A DNA stretch of 63,211 nucleotides, counting the filler, from Octopus bimaculoides (lineage: Eukaryota), in assembly GCF_001194135.2 (NCBI RefSeq). It is 8 parts of 8 records of this genome, joined end to end, with 100 filler letters (N's around TTAATTAATTAA, not from the genome) between each part and the next. Parts side by side here need not be neighbours in the genome. Positions count along the whole stretch, not along the records: positions 25,019 to 30,791 come from NC_069010.1; positions 30,892 to 35,864 come from NC_069008.1; 6 more parts are not named here. The stretch is one strand, 5' to 3'. The translations under genes were made by a program, and so were the position numbers. Position 1 is the first letter of the stretch; every line of letters starts with the position of its first letter. Shown piece by piece: positions 25,284-35,864 of the stretch. Below the pieces are notes generated by a model. That model was not told where the DNA came from. It saw only the letters and a program-made list of their open reading frames with translations, and ran no database searches.

Positions 25284-25708
25284 GTAAAACTGGTACTTAA
25301 AGAGTGAGTTTCACTTTGTTAGGCAGTTGCACGACAGACCTTCTACGTGACAACTCCTCACTCCTCAACGAAGCACTCTTCACTTCGATGGTGATAGCTA
25401 CTTGCTTCTCTGGCAGGCATCAAGGAAGCCCTTAACCTTCCAATACCAAATTACAACTTAATCAGCGGCTGCTATGCTGAATGACAGGAATTGTGAAACC
25501 AAGCATCATCAAAACAAAATAAAACTTATATTTTTATTATGTTGTAAAAATTGTTCTAATGTCTCTTCATATATAATGCTGTTGAAAGGTGATAGAGAGA
25601 GACTAATGCCTCTATGACAACTATCAAACTTTTACAGTTGTTATTAAGATGATGTTTGGAACATACAATGTTATTTTACTAAATTCTTCTTTATTTTAAG
25701 CTATGTTT

Positions 25709-25880
25709 TTTACATCATCTGTTTTCTTCTTTTACATCTTTTTCATCTTTTACATCATCTTTTTTCTTCTTTTAAATCTTTTTCATCTTTTACATCATCT
25801 GTTTTCTTCTTTTACATCTTTTTCATCATCTGTTTTCTTCTTTTACATCTTTTTCATCTTTTACATTATCTGTTTTCTTC
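25709..25880 (+). repeat. ~40-bp pyrimidine-rich minisatellite, about 4 copies
   Basis: Unit tttacatcatctgttttcttcttttacatctttttcatct repeated immediately upstream of the splice acceptor at 25904. Confidence 0.8.
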
Positions 25881-25904
25881 TTCTTGTTCTGTGTGTTGTT
25901 GCAG

Positions 25905-26207
25905 TGTATAACGCATCTGGAGGTCGAAGAACAAAACCTGTGTAACGATGTCTTCAAACTGACTGATTTCCTGGAAGGTCTATTAATGCTGACCAACCTC
26001 GATGTACTCAGCCTGCCCAACACCATCCACGTGAATATCTACCCAGAAGCGCCGTACATGTTGAACCAAGTCCTGCGCTCGCTGACCCGACTGCGCAAGC
26101 TGCACCTTCCATCCTGTAACTTACGGGATTCCCTCCACACAATACTCAGCGGACTCACAAAGCAGAAGACGGCATTCGAATGCCTCAACCTGCGCGACTG
26201 TCGCCTC
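25905..26207 (+). CDS. Internal exon of an LRRC14/PRAME-like leucine-rich repeat protein, 3' end lost in gap
   Basis: Acceptor ...ttgttgcag|TGT after a pyrimidine tract. Open frame CITHLEVEEQ...LTNLDVLSL...LTRLRKLHLPSCNLRDSLHTILSGL...FECLNLRDCRL fits the LRRC14/PRAME degenerate LRR pattern. GC and CpG are elevated relative to the flanks. Confidence 0.75.
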
Positions 26208-26854
26208 NNNNNNNNNNNNNNNNNNNNNNNNNNNNNNNNNNNNNNNNNNNNNNNNNNNNNNNNNNNNNNNNNNNNNNNNNNNNNNNNNNNNNNNNNNNNN
26301 NNNNNNNNNNNNNNNNNNNNNNNNNNNNNNNNNNNNNNNNNNNNNNNNNNNNNNNNNNNNNNNNNNNNNNNNNNNNNNNNNNNNNNNNNNNNNNNNNNNN
26401 NNNNNNNNNNNNNNNNNNNNNNNNNNNNNNNNNNNNNNNNNNNNNNNNNNNNNNNNNNNNNNNNNNNNNNNNNNNNNNNNNNNNNNNNNNNNNNNNNNNN
26501 NNNNNNNNNNNNNNNNNNNNNNNNNNNNNNNNNNNNNNNNNNNNNNNNNNNNNNNNNNNNNNNNNNNNNNNNNNNNNNNNNNNNNNNNNNNNNNNNNNNN
26601 NNNNNNNNNNNNNNNNNNNNNNNNNNNNNNNNNNNNNNNNNNNNNNNNNNNNNNNNNNNNNNNNNNNNNNNNNNNNNNNNNNNNNNNNNNNNNNNNNNNN
26701 NNNNNNNNNNNNNNNNNNNNNNNNNNNNNNNNNNNNNNNNNNNNNNNNNNNNNNNNNNNNNNNNNNNNNNNNNNNNNNNNNNNNNNNNNNNNNNNNNNNN
26801 NNNNNNNNNNCACACACACACACATGTATCAACATACACACACATATAAATAAC

Positions 26855-27060
26855 TAAGGCGGCGAAATGTTTAGCGGTATTTCGTTTGCCCGCTACGTTC
26901 TGAGTTCAAACTCCACCGAGGTCGACTTTGCCTTTCATCCTTTCGGGGTCGATTAAATAAGTACCAGTTACGCACGGGGGTCGATATAATTGACTTAATC
27001 CGTTTGTCTGTCCTTGTTTGTCCCCTCTGTGTTTAGCCCCTTGTGGGCAATAAAGAAATA
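26855..27060 (+). mobile_element. Nin-like-domain SINE with 17-bp TSD
   Basis: gaggtcgactttgcctttcatcctttcggggtcgattaaataagtaccag. TSD ACACACATATAAATAAC at 26838-26854 and 27061-27077. The head appears internally deleted. Confidence 0.8.
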
Positions 27061-27200
27061 ACACACATATAAATAACCACACCCATATGCACGTACACAC
27101 ACAAACATGTATACAAGCCCATAAATGCATGCATACAGTATATACATATAGATAAACACATTGATATATACACACACATAAACATATGTACATATGCACT

Positions 27201-27234
<34 letters not shown>

Positions 27235-27582
27235 CAAACATACACACTGGAACACACTTACAAGCACTGAAAAATACACATACACACATACAGTGACATA
27301 CACATGCAGACAAAAACACATATACACAAACATATGCACATACTAACAATCACACACACATACACTGACAAGCATACACACACACACACACACACACACA
27401 CAGAGGGAAACATAAACACTTGGATCCATATACACACACATACACTCAGACATATGCTACATATCCACATACACACTCAAACCCACGCACACAAACTCAC
27501 AATGCATACACAGACACAAGAACATACAGCTATATGCAAACATGACCCCTAAATTAAATTTCCATTTCCCCCACTAATAAAT

Positions 27583-27613
<31 letters not shown>

Positions 27614-27742
27614 TTATTTTGTATATTTTTCCTGTTGAAAAATAAAACTTTAAAAAATTAAAATCTAAAGAAAAAAAGTCTAAAATTATTTTTTTAACCT
27701 TAAATTTACAAAACAAAACAAAAAAAATGCATCTTCTGTAGC

Positions 27743-27850
27743 TATAGGTGCAGGCGTGGCTGGCTGTGTGGTGAGAGGCTTGCTTCCCAACCACATGTTT
27801 CCAGGTTTCGGTCCCACTGCATGGCACCTTCAACAAGTGTCTTCTACTGT
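27743..27850 (+). mobile_element. SINE family B tRNA-like head
   Basis: ggtgcaggcgtggctggctgtgtggtgagaggcttgcttcccaaccacatg...cccactgcatggcacc. Confidence 0.65.
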
Positions 27851-27856
27851 AGGAGA

Positions 27857-28385
27857 ATCAACTGTTCAAAGGTGGTTTGCAAATTTAAAGCTGGAAAGTT
27901 TAGCTTGGAAGATGACAGTTACAATGGAAGACCTTCAAAATTGGATGAAGATGTTTTGAAGGCAAAAATCAAATGAAATTCAAATATCATGACTAGAGGA
28001 CTTGCTGAGAAGTTAAGGATTTCTAAAATTATGGCTCATGAACACCTTGTGAAGCTAGGATACATTTCTCGCTGTAATGTATAAGTCCCTCACAAACTCT
28101 CAGTAAAGAATTGCTCGGACTGGTATTCCGTTTTGTGATATGCTTTTGAAATGGAATGAAAGGATGCCTTTCTTGAAACAACTTGTGACTGGACTAAGTA
28201 CAAAAAAACTTAGTGTGAAAAAGATCCTGGAGTTTGTATGAGGATCTCCCAAAACAGTAACCAAAGACGAATATCCATGTCAAAAAAGTTATGCTTTGTG
28301 TTCGGTGGGATCATAAAGGGATTATTTATTATGAATTTCTCCCACAAAACCAAAACATTAATCCTGATTTGTACTGTCATTAGCT
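27857..28385 (+). pseudogene. Mariner (SETMAR/Hsmar-like) transposase remnant
   Basis: STVQRWFA / FKAGKFSLEDD..GRPSKLDEDVLK...VPHKLS...LKQLVTG...VMLCVRWDHKGIIYYEFLPQNQNINPDLYCH, read across frameshifts and stops. Confidence 0.8.
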
Positions 28386-28394
28386 CTCTCTCTC

Positions 28395-28584
28395 TCTTTT
28401 ACTTGTTTCAGTCATTTGACTGCGGCCATGCTGGAGCACTGCCTTTAGTCGAGCAAATCGACCCCAGGACTTATTCTTTGTAAGCCTGGTACTTATTCTA
28501 TCGATCTCTTTTGCCGAACCGCTAAGTGACAGGGACATAAACACACCAGCATTGGTTGTCAAGCAATGCTAGGGGGACAAACAC
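28395..28584 (-). mobile_element. SINE family B 3' half
   Basis: Near-identical to 20930-21150. Confidence 0.8.
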
Positions 28585-30213
28585 NNNNNNNNNNNNNNNN
28601 NNNNNNNNNNNNNNNNNNNNNNNNNNNNNNNNNNNNNNNNNNNNNNNNNNNNNNNNNNNNNNNNNNNNNNNNNNNNNNNNNNNNNNNNNNNNNNNNNNNN
28701 NNNNNNNNNNNNNNNNNNNNNNNNNNNNNNNNNNNNNNNNNNNNNNNNNNNNNNNNNNNNNNNNNNNNNNNNNNNNNNNNNNNNNNNNNNNNNNNNNNNN
28801 NNNNNNNNNNNNNNNNNNNNNNNNNNNNNNNNNNNNNNNNNNNNNNNNNNNNNNNNNNNNNNNNNNNNNNNNNNNNNNNNNNNNNNNNNNNNNNNNNNNN
28901 NNNNNNNNNNNNNNNNNNNNNNNNNNNNNNNNNNNNNNNNNNNNNNNNNNNNNNNNNNNNNNNNNNNNNNNNNNNNNNNNNNNNNNNNNNNNNNNNNNNN
29001 NNNNNNNNNNNNNNNNNNNNNNNNNNNNNNNNNNNNNNNNNNNNNNNNNNNNNNNNNNNNNNNNNNNNNNNNNNNNNNNNNNNNNNNNNNNNNNNNNNNN
29101 NNNNNNNNNNNNNNNNNNNNNNNNNNNNNNNNNNNNNNNNNNNNNNNNNNNNNNNNNNNNNNNNNNNNNNNNNNNNNNNNNNNNNNNNNNNNNNNNNNNN
29201 NNNNNNNNNNNNNNNNNNNNNNNNNNNNNNNNNNNNNNNNNNNNNNNNNNNNNNNNNNNNNNNNNNNNNNNNNNNNNNNNNNNNNNNNNNNNNNNNNNNN
29301 NNNNNNNNNNNNNNNNNNNNNNNNNNNNNNNNNNNNNNNNNNNNNNNNNNNNNNNNNNNNNNNNNNNNNNNNNNNNNNNNNNNNNNNNNNNNNNNNNNNN
29401 NNNNNNNNNNNNNNNNNNNNNNNNNNNNNNNNNNNNNNNNNNNNNNNNNNNNNNNNNNNNNNNNNNNNNNNNNNNNNNNNNNNNNNNNNNNNNNNNNNNN
29501 NNNNNNNNNNNNNNNNNNNNNNNNNNNNNNNNNNNNNNNNNNNNNNNNNNNTATATATATATGTATGTATATATATCATCATCTTCGTCGTATGTATGGG
29601 TAGGACGGTTGACAGGAGTCAGCCAGGTAGAAGCCTACCCCAGGCTACAGTGTGTTGTTTTGGCAGGGTTTTTTACAGCTGGATGCCCTCTCTAACAGTG
29701 CTTTTTATGTGGTATTAGCACAGGTGAGGTTAGCTTTGGCATGATTTTTACAGTGTGGACTGGATGCTTTTCACATGGGACGTGTTTTTGTGTCTGTGTT
29801 TGTCCCCACTGCTGGACAAACTGTGCTGGTGGGTTTACATCCCTGTAACTTAGCAGTTAGGCAAAAGTAACTGATAAAATAAATATCAAGCTTTAAAAAA
29901 AATAATAAGTACTGGGGTTGAAACACTTGATTAATATTTCTTCAAGGCTACAGTCTCATGACTGACACAAGAAAAATGAAAAAAAAAAGAAAAAGAAAAC
30001 AAACTCAACAACCAAAACAATGACAATATCTACATATTTATTTATATATCCATAACGTGTATATAACCAACGTGTGTATATATGCATATTATATATATAT
30101 ATGTGTGTATATAATAACTTCAACAACATCTTTCCATGCCAGCATGGGTTATGAACAAAAACATGCATGTTTGTGCATGTATGGGCATTTATGCATGTGC
30201 GTCTATATGACAC

Positions 30214-30244
<31 letters not shown>

Positions 30245-30464
30245 CCGGAGTAAGCATATAAAATGTGCAACAAGGTGGAAAAAAGAGTACTCAAATACCA
30301 GAGGTAGAGTAATATGCTTTATTTAAAAGCAGCAGAAATATAACAAAAGATTGTTACTCGGAGTTTCACGTTCCCGTTCTAACAAAACTGTCCGATGAAC
30401 GGGAACGTGAAACGCCGAGTAACAGTCTTTTTTTATATTTCTGCTGCTTTTAAATAAAGTATAT
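30245..30464. mobile_element. Penelope-like terminal repeat arranged as a fold-back
   Basis: 68-bp arms at 30312-30379 and 30397-30464 (4 mismatches, 17-bp spacer). Each arm carries the 3' part of a hammerhead-like motif followed by AAATAAAG. Confidence 0.6.
30387..30426 (+). ncRNA. Candidate minimal hammerhead ribozyme, variant core
   Basis: ACUGU CCGAUGA ACG-GGAA-CGU GAAA CGCCGAG UA ACAGU. The inverted partner arm has CUCCGAG in stem III. Confidence 0.5.
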
Positions 30465-30580
30465 ATTGATATATATATATGTGTGTGTGTGTATGTATCA
30501 TGAAAGCAATGAACACATGAAGAGAAGACAACGCAGGAGGGAAAGGTTTTAAAAGACATATTAGCTAAATAATATGTGTG

Positions 30581-30615
<35 letters not shown>

Positions 30616-30742
30616 AACCCATGCTAGCATGGAAAGCGGACGTTAAACGAACGATTAAACGATATATACAAACATACATATACAGGTTATTATATACACA
30701 CACAAACATACATATACACGTTATATATGTGTGTGTGTGTGT

Positions 30743-30791
<49 letters not shown>

Positions 30792-31524
30792 NNNNNNNNN
30801 NNNNNNNNNNNNNNNNNNNNNNNNNNNNNNNNNNNTTAATTAATTAANNNNNNNNNNNNNNNNNNNNNNNNNNNNNNNNNNNNNNNNNNNNTTTATTTAT
30901 CTTTTTTTTTGTTTGTTTGTTTTTGTTTTGCATGTTGTGTACATGACTTAGTCAGAGGTGGGAAAAGGAGTGGCGGCTCCTTTGCCCCCTTAATTTCAGG
31001 GGGTGGTGGTGGTCAGGAGTTGGTCGGTGGGTGGGTGAGCTTTTGAGATTGGTGGGAGGGAAACAAGGAAAAATGGAGGGGTATCATCCAAGCAAACAGG
31101 ACCTGACCTGGATGTTTCTCGCAATAGAATGGAACCCTTCCCCCCTTTTCCACTCCTCTGCCAAATGCACTCTAGAGGCAGCCAGGTGGGTGGTGATGTT
31201 ATTAAACCAGTGTAATGATTATTATTGTTTGTCAACCTTAGCAAGATTGATGCTCCGGGTGCTGTAGTAGAGGTGTTCAGGGCTTGGTGGGTGTTGAGCA
31301 GAGCCCCTACGGACTCGCAAATCCTTTGGTGGTGTGGGGGGTAGTTTGGTGGTATTTTGATGGGGTTTAAAGGACCCCCTACTTTATTGGTACATCTTAC
31401 AGCCCAAAGGTTTCCCCACAGGTTTTTGGATGACCCAATGCTTATGGTAGAAGACAGGGTGGTATTGAAAATGAAACCATCTAGTTGAGATGCAAGCTCC
31501 TCGCATCGCTCTTTGGTGGTGGTG

Positions 31525-32390
31525 GTGGTTGTTATTTAGCCACAGGTCAGTCCTGATCAGGCACATCTATGATCAATGACATTCCAGTTATGGCCATCCC
31601 ATTCTTTTATCCAGACATAGTGTATCTAAGACTATGTTATCTAATGCCTAGGAGTGGCTGTGTGGTAAGTAGCTTGCCAACTAACCACATGGTTCCAGGT
31701 TCAGTCCCACTGCGTGGCACCTTGGGCAAGTGTCTTCTACTATAGCCTCGGGCCAACCAAAACTTTGTGAGTGGATTTGGTAGACGGAAACTGAAAGAAG
31801 CCCGTCGTATATATACATACATACAAACATACANNNNNNNNNNNNNNNNNNNNNNNNNNNNNNNNNNNNNNNNNNNNNNNNNNNNNNNNNNNNNNNNNNN
31901 NNNNNNNNNNNNNNNNNNNNNNNNNNNNNNNNNNNNNNNNNTATATATATATGTATGTGTTTGTGTGTCTGTGTTTGTCCCCCCCAACATCGCTTGACAA
32001 CCGATGCTGGTGTGTTTACGTCCCCGTAACTTAGCAGTTCGGCAAAAAGAGAACGATAGAATAAGTACTAGGCTTACAAAGAATAAGCCCTGGGGTCGAT
32101 TTGCTCGACTAAAGGTGGTGCTCCAGCATGGCCACAGTCAAATGACTGAAACAAGTAAAAGAGTAATGTGTCCTTTCATGCTGTTGTTGTTATTTAACCC
32201 CAGGTCATTCCTTACCAGGCACATCTATGATCAATGACATTCCAGTTATGACCATCCCATTCTATTATCCAGACATAGTGTATCTAAGACTACATCATCT
32301 AATGTGTCCTTTCATACTGTTGTTATTTAGCCACAGGTCAGCCCTGATCAAGCAAATCTAAGATCAATGAGATTATGCTTATAATCATCG
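31525..32390 (+). repeat. Tandem ~135-bp units of an interspersed repeat (family D), interrupted by a SINE
   Basis: gttatttagccacaggtcag...ctatgatcaatgacattccagttatg.ccatcccattc...gtgtatctaagacta at ~31525 and ~32183, and partially at ~32320. Related fragments lie near 22100, 51300 and 60200. Confidence 0.7.
31645..32163 (+). mobile_element. Full-length SINE family B with internal microsatellite (gap inside)
   Basis: Head taggagtggctgtgtggtaagtagcttg...ggttcagtcccactgcg, then gaaagaagcccgtcg(TA)n[gap](TG)n, then a 3' half ending gactgaaacaagtaaaagag. Confidence 0.85.
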
Positions 32391-32772
32391 TACCCTTTTT
32401 TTTTACAAGCAGAGAACCAAGAATTGTGATATTCAACATGTCTGTCTTTTTCTGTTTTTTTTTTTCATAGTGTGGTCCAAAGAGGAGATTTAACTGCTAT
32501 TTCTAGCAGGTCGAGCAACCATATCCAGTTCCCCACTGGGTGTGGTTGCTCAACATTTTGCAGTCAACTTCCATTTAATTTTTTTCTCTCACAACAAGAA
32601 AATCATCAAAACAACAAATAGTTACTGTTGCTGCTCCTATTTTAAGTCTTGGTTCAGCCCTGGAAGTGTAGACATCATTATCATCGGAAGGCTGGGACTC
32701 CAACCAGTCCTTTTGCAGTACCCTTAAATCCAGGAACTTTGCAGGAACCCCCTCATACATACATACATATAT

Positions 32773-33166
32773 GTGGAGGCACAATGGCCCAGTGGTTAGG
32801 GCAGCGGACTCGTGGTCATAGGATCGCGGTTTTGATTCCCAGAGCGGGCATTGTGAATGTTTATTGAACGAAAACACTTAAAGCTCCACGAGGCTCCGGC
32901 AGGGGATGGTGGCGAACCCTGCTGTACTCTTTCACCACAACTTTCTCTCCCACTCTTACTTCCTGTTTCTGTTGTGCCTGTAATTCAAAGGGTCAGCCTT
33001 GTCACACTCTGTGTCACGCTGAATATCCCCGAGAACTACGTTAAGGGCACACGTGTCTGTGGAGTGCTCAGCCACTTGCACGTTAATTTCACGAGCAGGC
33101 TGTTCCGTTGATCGGATCAACTGGAACCCTCGACGTCGTCAGCGACAGAGTGCCAACAACAACAAC
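32773..33166 (+). mobile_element. Full-length tRNA-derived SINE, family A
   Basis: GTGGAGGCACAATGGCCCAGTGGTTAGGG...GAGTGCCAACAACAACAAC. Confidence 0.9.
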
Positions 33167-33441
33167 ACGCGCGCGCACACACACACACTTACCTCTGACT
33201 ACTTACATGTCTTCCTCTAGAAATAGCAGTGAAATCTCTCTCTCAATTCTCACTGTTTTTCCTTTTTCGTTGTATATAAAATTGAAGGACATGGTGTACA
33301 ATATAATCCCTGATATACAAAACAGTCTGGCTGGTGGTCATGGGTGGAATGCCCTTGATCATAGGTCAGCTTCATAAAGAGTAGTGACCTGTTGTTAAAC
33401 ATCATCGACTTCATCTTTCACAGTCCAAGTTTTAATCACAC

Positions 33442-33476
<35 letters not shown>

Positions 33477-34072
33477 AGTCAATCAATCGATGGTTGTTCT
33501 GGCTAATAATTAGCTTTCATTATTTCAGTATTGAATTATCCGTTATTTTTCATTCGTTTCAGTCATTGGACTGTGACCATTCTAGGGCACCCTGTTCAAG
33601 GATTTAGTCAAGCAAACTGACCCCCCCCCAGTACTTGCTTTTTTCTTTTTTAATGTCGGGTACGTATTATGTTGGTCTCTTTTTGCCAAGCCACTAGGTA
33701 ATGAAGACAAACAAACCAACACCAGTTGTCAAGTGGTATGTGAACACACACACATACACACACACAAGAATACACACAAACACACAAGAATACATGCACA
33801 CACACACACACACACACACGTAAAATTAAATATGTTATGAAAGCTTATGAATAGTTCAGTACATTTATCAGAGTAAGAAAACCTACAACAGCGTAATAAC
33901 ACATGCAAATAAATAAATAAAATAATAAGCATAAATGTTTCGGTGAAAAAACAAAAAATATGTACCGATGGACAATCAAAACCAACCATTTACAACATTT
34001 GTTTCATTGGGCCTCAGTCCTTTTAGTTTGTACCGCTTGGACCAACCAATTGGTCTGGGTGTCCCAAGAGGC

Positions 34073-34595
34073 TTAAACCCATTTGTTGTAATAATTTTGA
34101 AACACAGTTTGAATTTAATTTTGGGGATAATAAAGAATTTAGTGAAATTCAGCTGGTGTTTGGAATGTAAATTTACTCAAAATTTTAATGGAAGGTTTAA
34201 ATTTATATCACTTTAAACGAGAGTTTGTATCATAGAACCAGGGGGTGGTGGTCTCAGGTGGGTTGGCTTTAGAAGGGTTAAATGTAATAAGGAATTTGGT
34301 GAGAGGGAGATTTGGTTGTTGGTTACATAAAAGCTCTCTCACCGACATGTGATCCCTATTTTGAAACCCTTTTGTTACCACATTTCTGTTCAAAAACACA
34401 CTGTTTTTGTTTTAATTAATTTTGAAAATAATATAGAATTTAGTGAAATAACTTTGTTTTTATTCAGCTGGAGTTTAGAACGTAAATTAATGCAAAATTT
34501 TGACGGAAGGAGGTTTTAATTTATATCGCTTTAAATGGAAGTTTGTTTTGTAGAACCAAAGGCAGTTTCAGGTGAGTTGGTATCAAAAGGGTTAA
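34073..34595. mobile_element. Two adjacent piggyBac-like MITEs
   Basis: The second copy has TIRs acccttttgttacca (34366-34380) and tggtatcaaaagggt (34578-34592), 14/15 matching, ending in TTAA. The first copy (34073-34281) is a more decayed homologue ending aagggttaa. Confidence 0.65.
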
Positions 34596-34956
34596 AGGGA
34601 TTGATGTAATTGAGCTGAAAGTGTGATTTTTACTATCTTCTTTCTTTTTAGAGGGTTGTAGATATATTCTATCATATGGTTTGTCATTACTTGGTTTTGG
34701 GATGGGTCTTTTTAAAGGATTTAAAGATCTTCCCTTTGTGATAATGGTACACTTAATCTTTCATCCAATTTGACACTTCCTGGTCTTCAGGTGTCATTAA
34801 GTTATTTGACTATCTTAAGTCATGGACAAAATGTGTTTCCTTTTAAACCTGTTATATCCTGTCCAAATATTCTTCCTGGTTTATGTTTATACCAACTAAA
34901 TTCCAACATATCTCATCAAAATCTGAAAGCTACAAGATAATGTATGATTAATTCAA

Positions 34957-35295
34957 AGGTGCATGGCTCAGTGGTTAGAGCGTCGAGCTTACGATCGTGG
35001 GGTTGTGAGTTTGAATCCTGGACTGGGCTGCATGTTGTGTTCTTGAGCAAGACACTTTATTTCCCGTTGCTCCAGTTCACTCAGCTGTAGAAATGAGTTG
35101 CGACGTCACAGGTGCCAAGCTGTATCGGCCCCTTTTGCCTTTCCCTTGGATAACACTGGTGGCGTGGAGAGGGGAGGGCGGTATGCATGGGCGACTGCTG
35201 GTCTTCCATAAACAAACTTGCCTGGACTTGTGCCTCGGAGGGGAACTTTCTAGGTGCAATCCCATGGTCAGTCATGACCGTAGGGGGTCTCAGCA
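34957..35295 (+). mobile_element. Full-length tRNA-derived SINE with CORE-like block
   Basis: ggtgcatggctcagtggttagagcg (A box), gagtttgaatcc (B box), then gtgttcttgagcaagacactttatttc...cagctgtagaaatgagt. Confidence 0.75.
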
Positions 35296-35574
35296 ATTTA
35301 CGGTAATACATACACGATCAGCCTCCCTTTGCTTCAAGTACTATTACCTGTTGTGTGGTGTGTGTGTGTGTGTGTGTCTACATGAGGTCTTCCCACATGC
35401 CCCACATGGCCTTGGGCTCATTCTCACTGCATGACACCCGGGCAAATGTTTCGTACCATAAGCTCAGGCTGACCAATGCTTTTACGAGTGAATTTGTAGG
35501 TGGGAACTGTGGAAGCCTGTTACACATGAACGCACACAGTCGAAATCGTGGTCATGGTCCTTTCTAGTATTATG

Positions 35575-35825
35575 TAAATGGCACTTGTGCTGGTGGCATG
35601 TAAAAAGCACCCATTTCACACTCGGAGTGGTTGGTGTTAGGAAGGGCATCCAGCCATAGGAACCATGCCAAATCAGACTTTGATTGGCATAGAAACCATG
35701 CCAATCAAGACTTTGGTCGTCTCAAGGCTATAGTAGAAGTCACTTGCCGAAGGTGCCACGCAGTGGGACTGAACCTGGAACCATGTGATTGGGAAGCAAG
35801 CTTCTTACCACACACACCGCACGCA
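35575..35825 (+). mobile_element. Adjacent SINE family C and family B fragments
   Basis: ggttggtgttaggaagggcatccagcc is followed by gactttggtcg...gtgggactgaacctggaaccatgtg (family B head in reverse orientation). Confidence 0.6.
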
Positions 35826-35830
35826 TGCTT

Positions 35831-35864
<34 letters not shown>

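Noticed and set aside
34960-35035. tRNA-like cloverleaf sequences (also near 5930-6002, 15703 and 32773)
   Set aside because: They continue into SINE bodies and tails and lack a proper acceptor stem, so they are SINE heads rather than tRNA genes.
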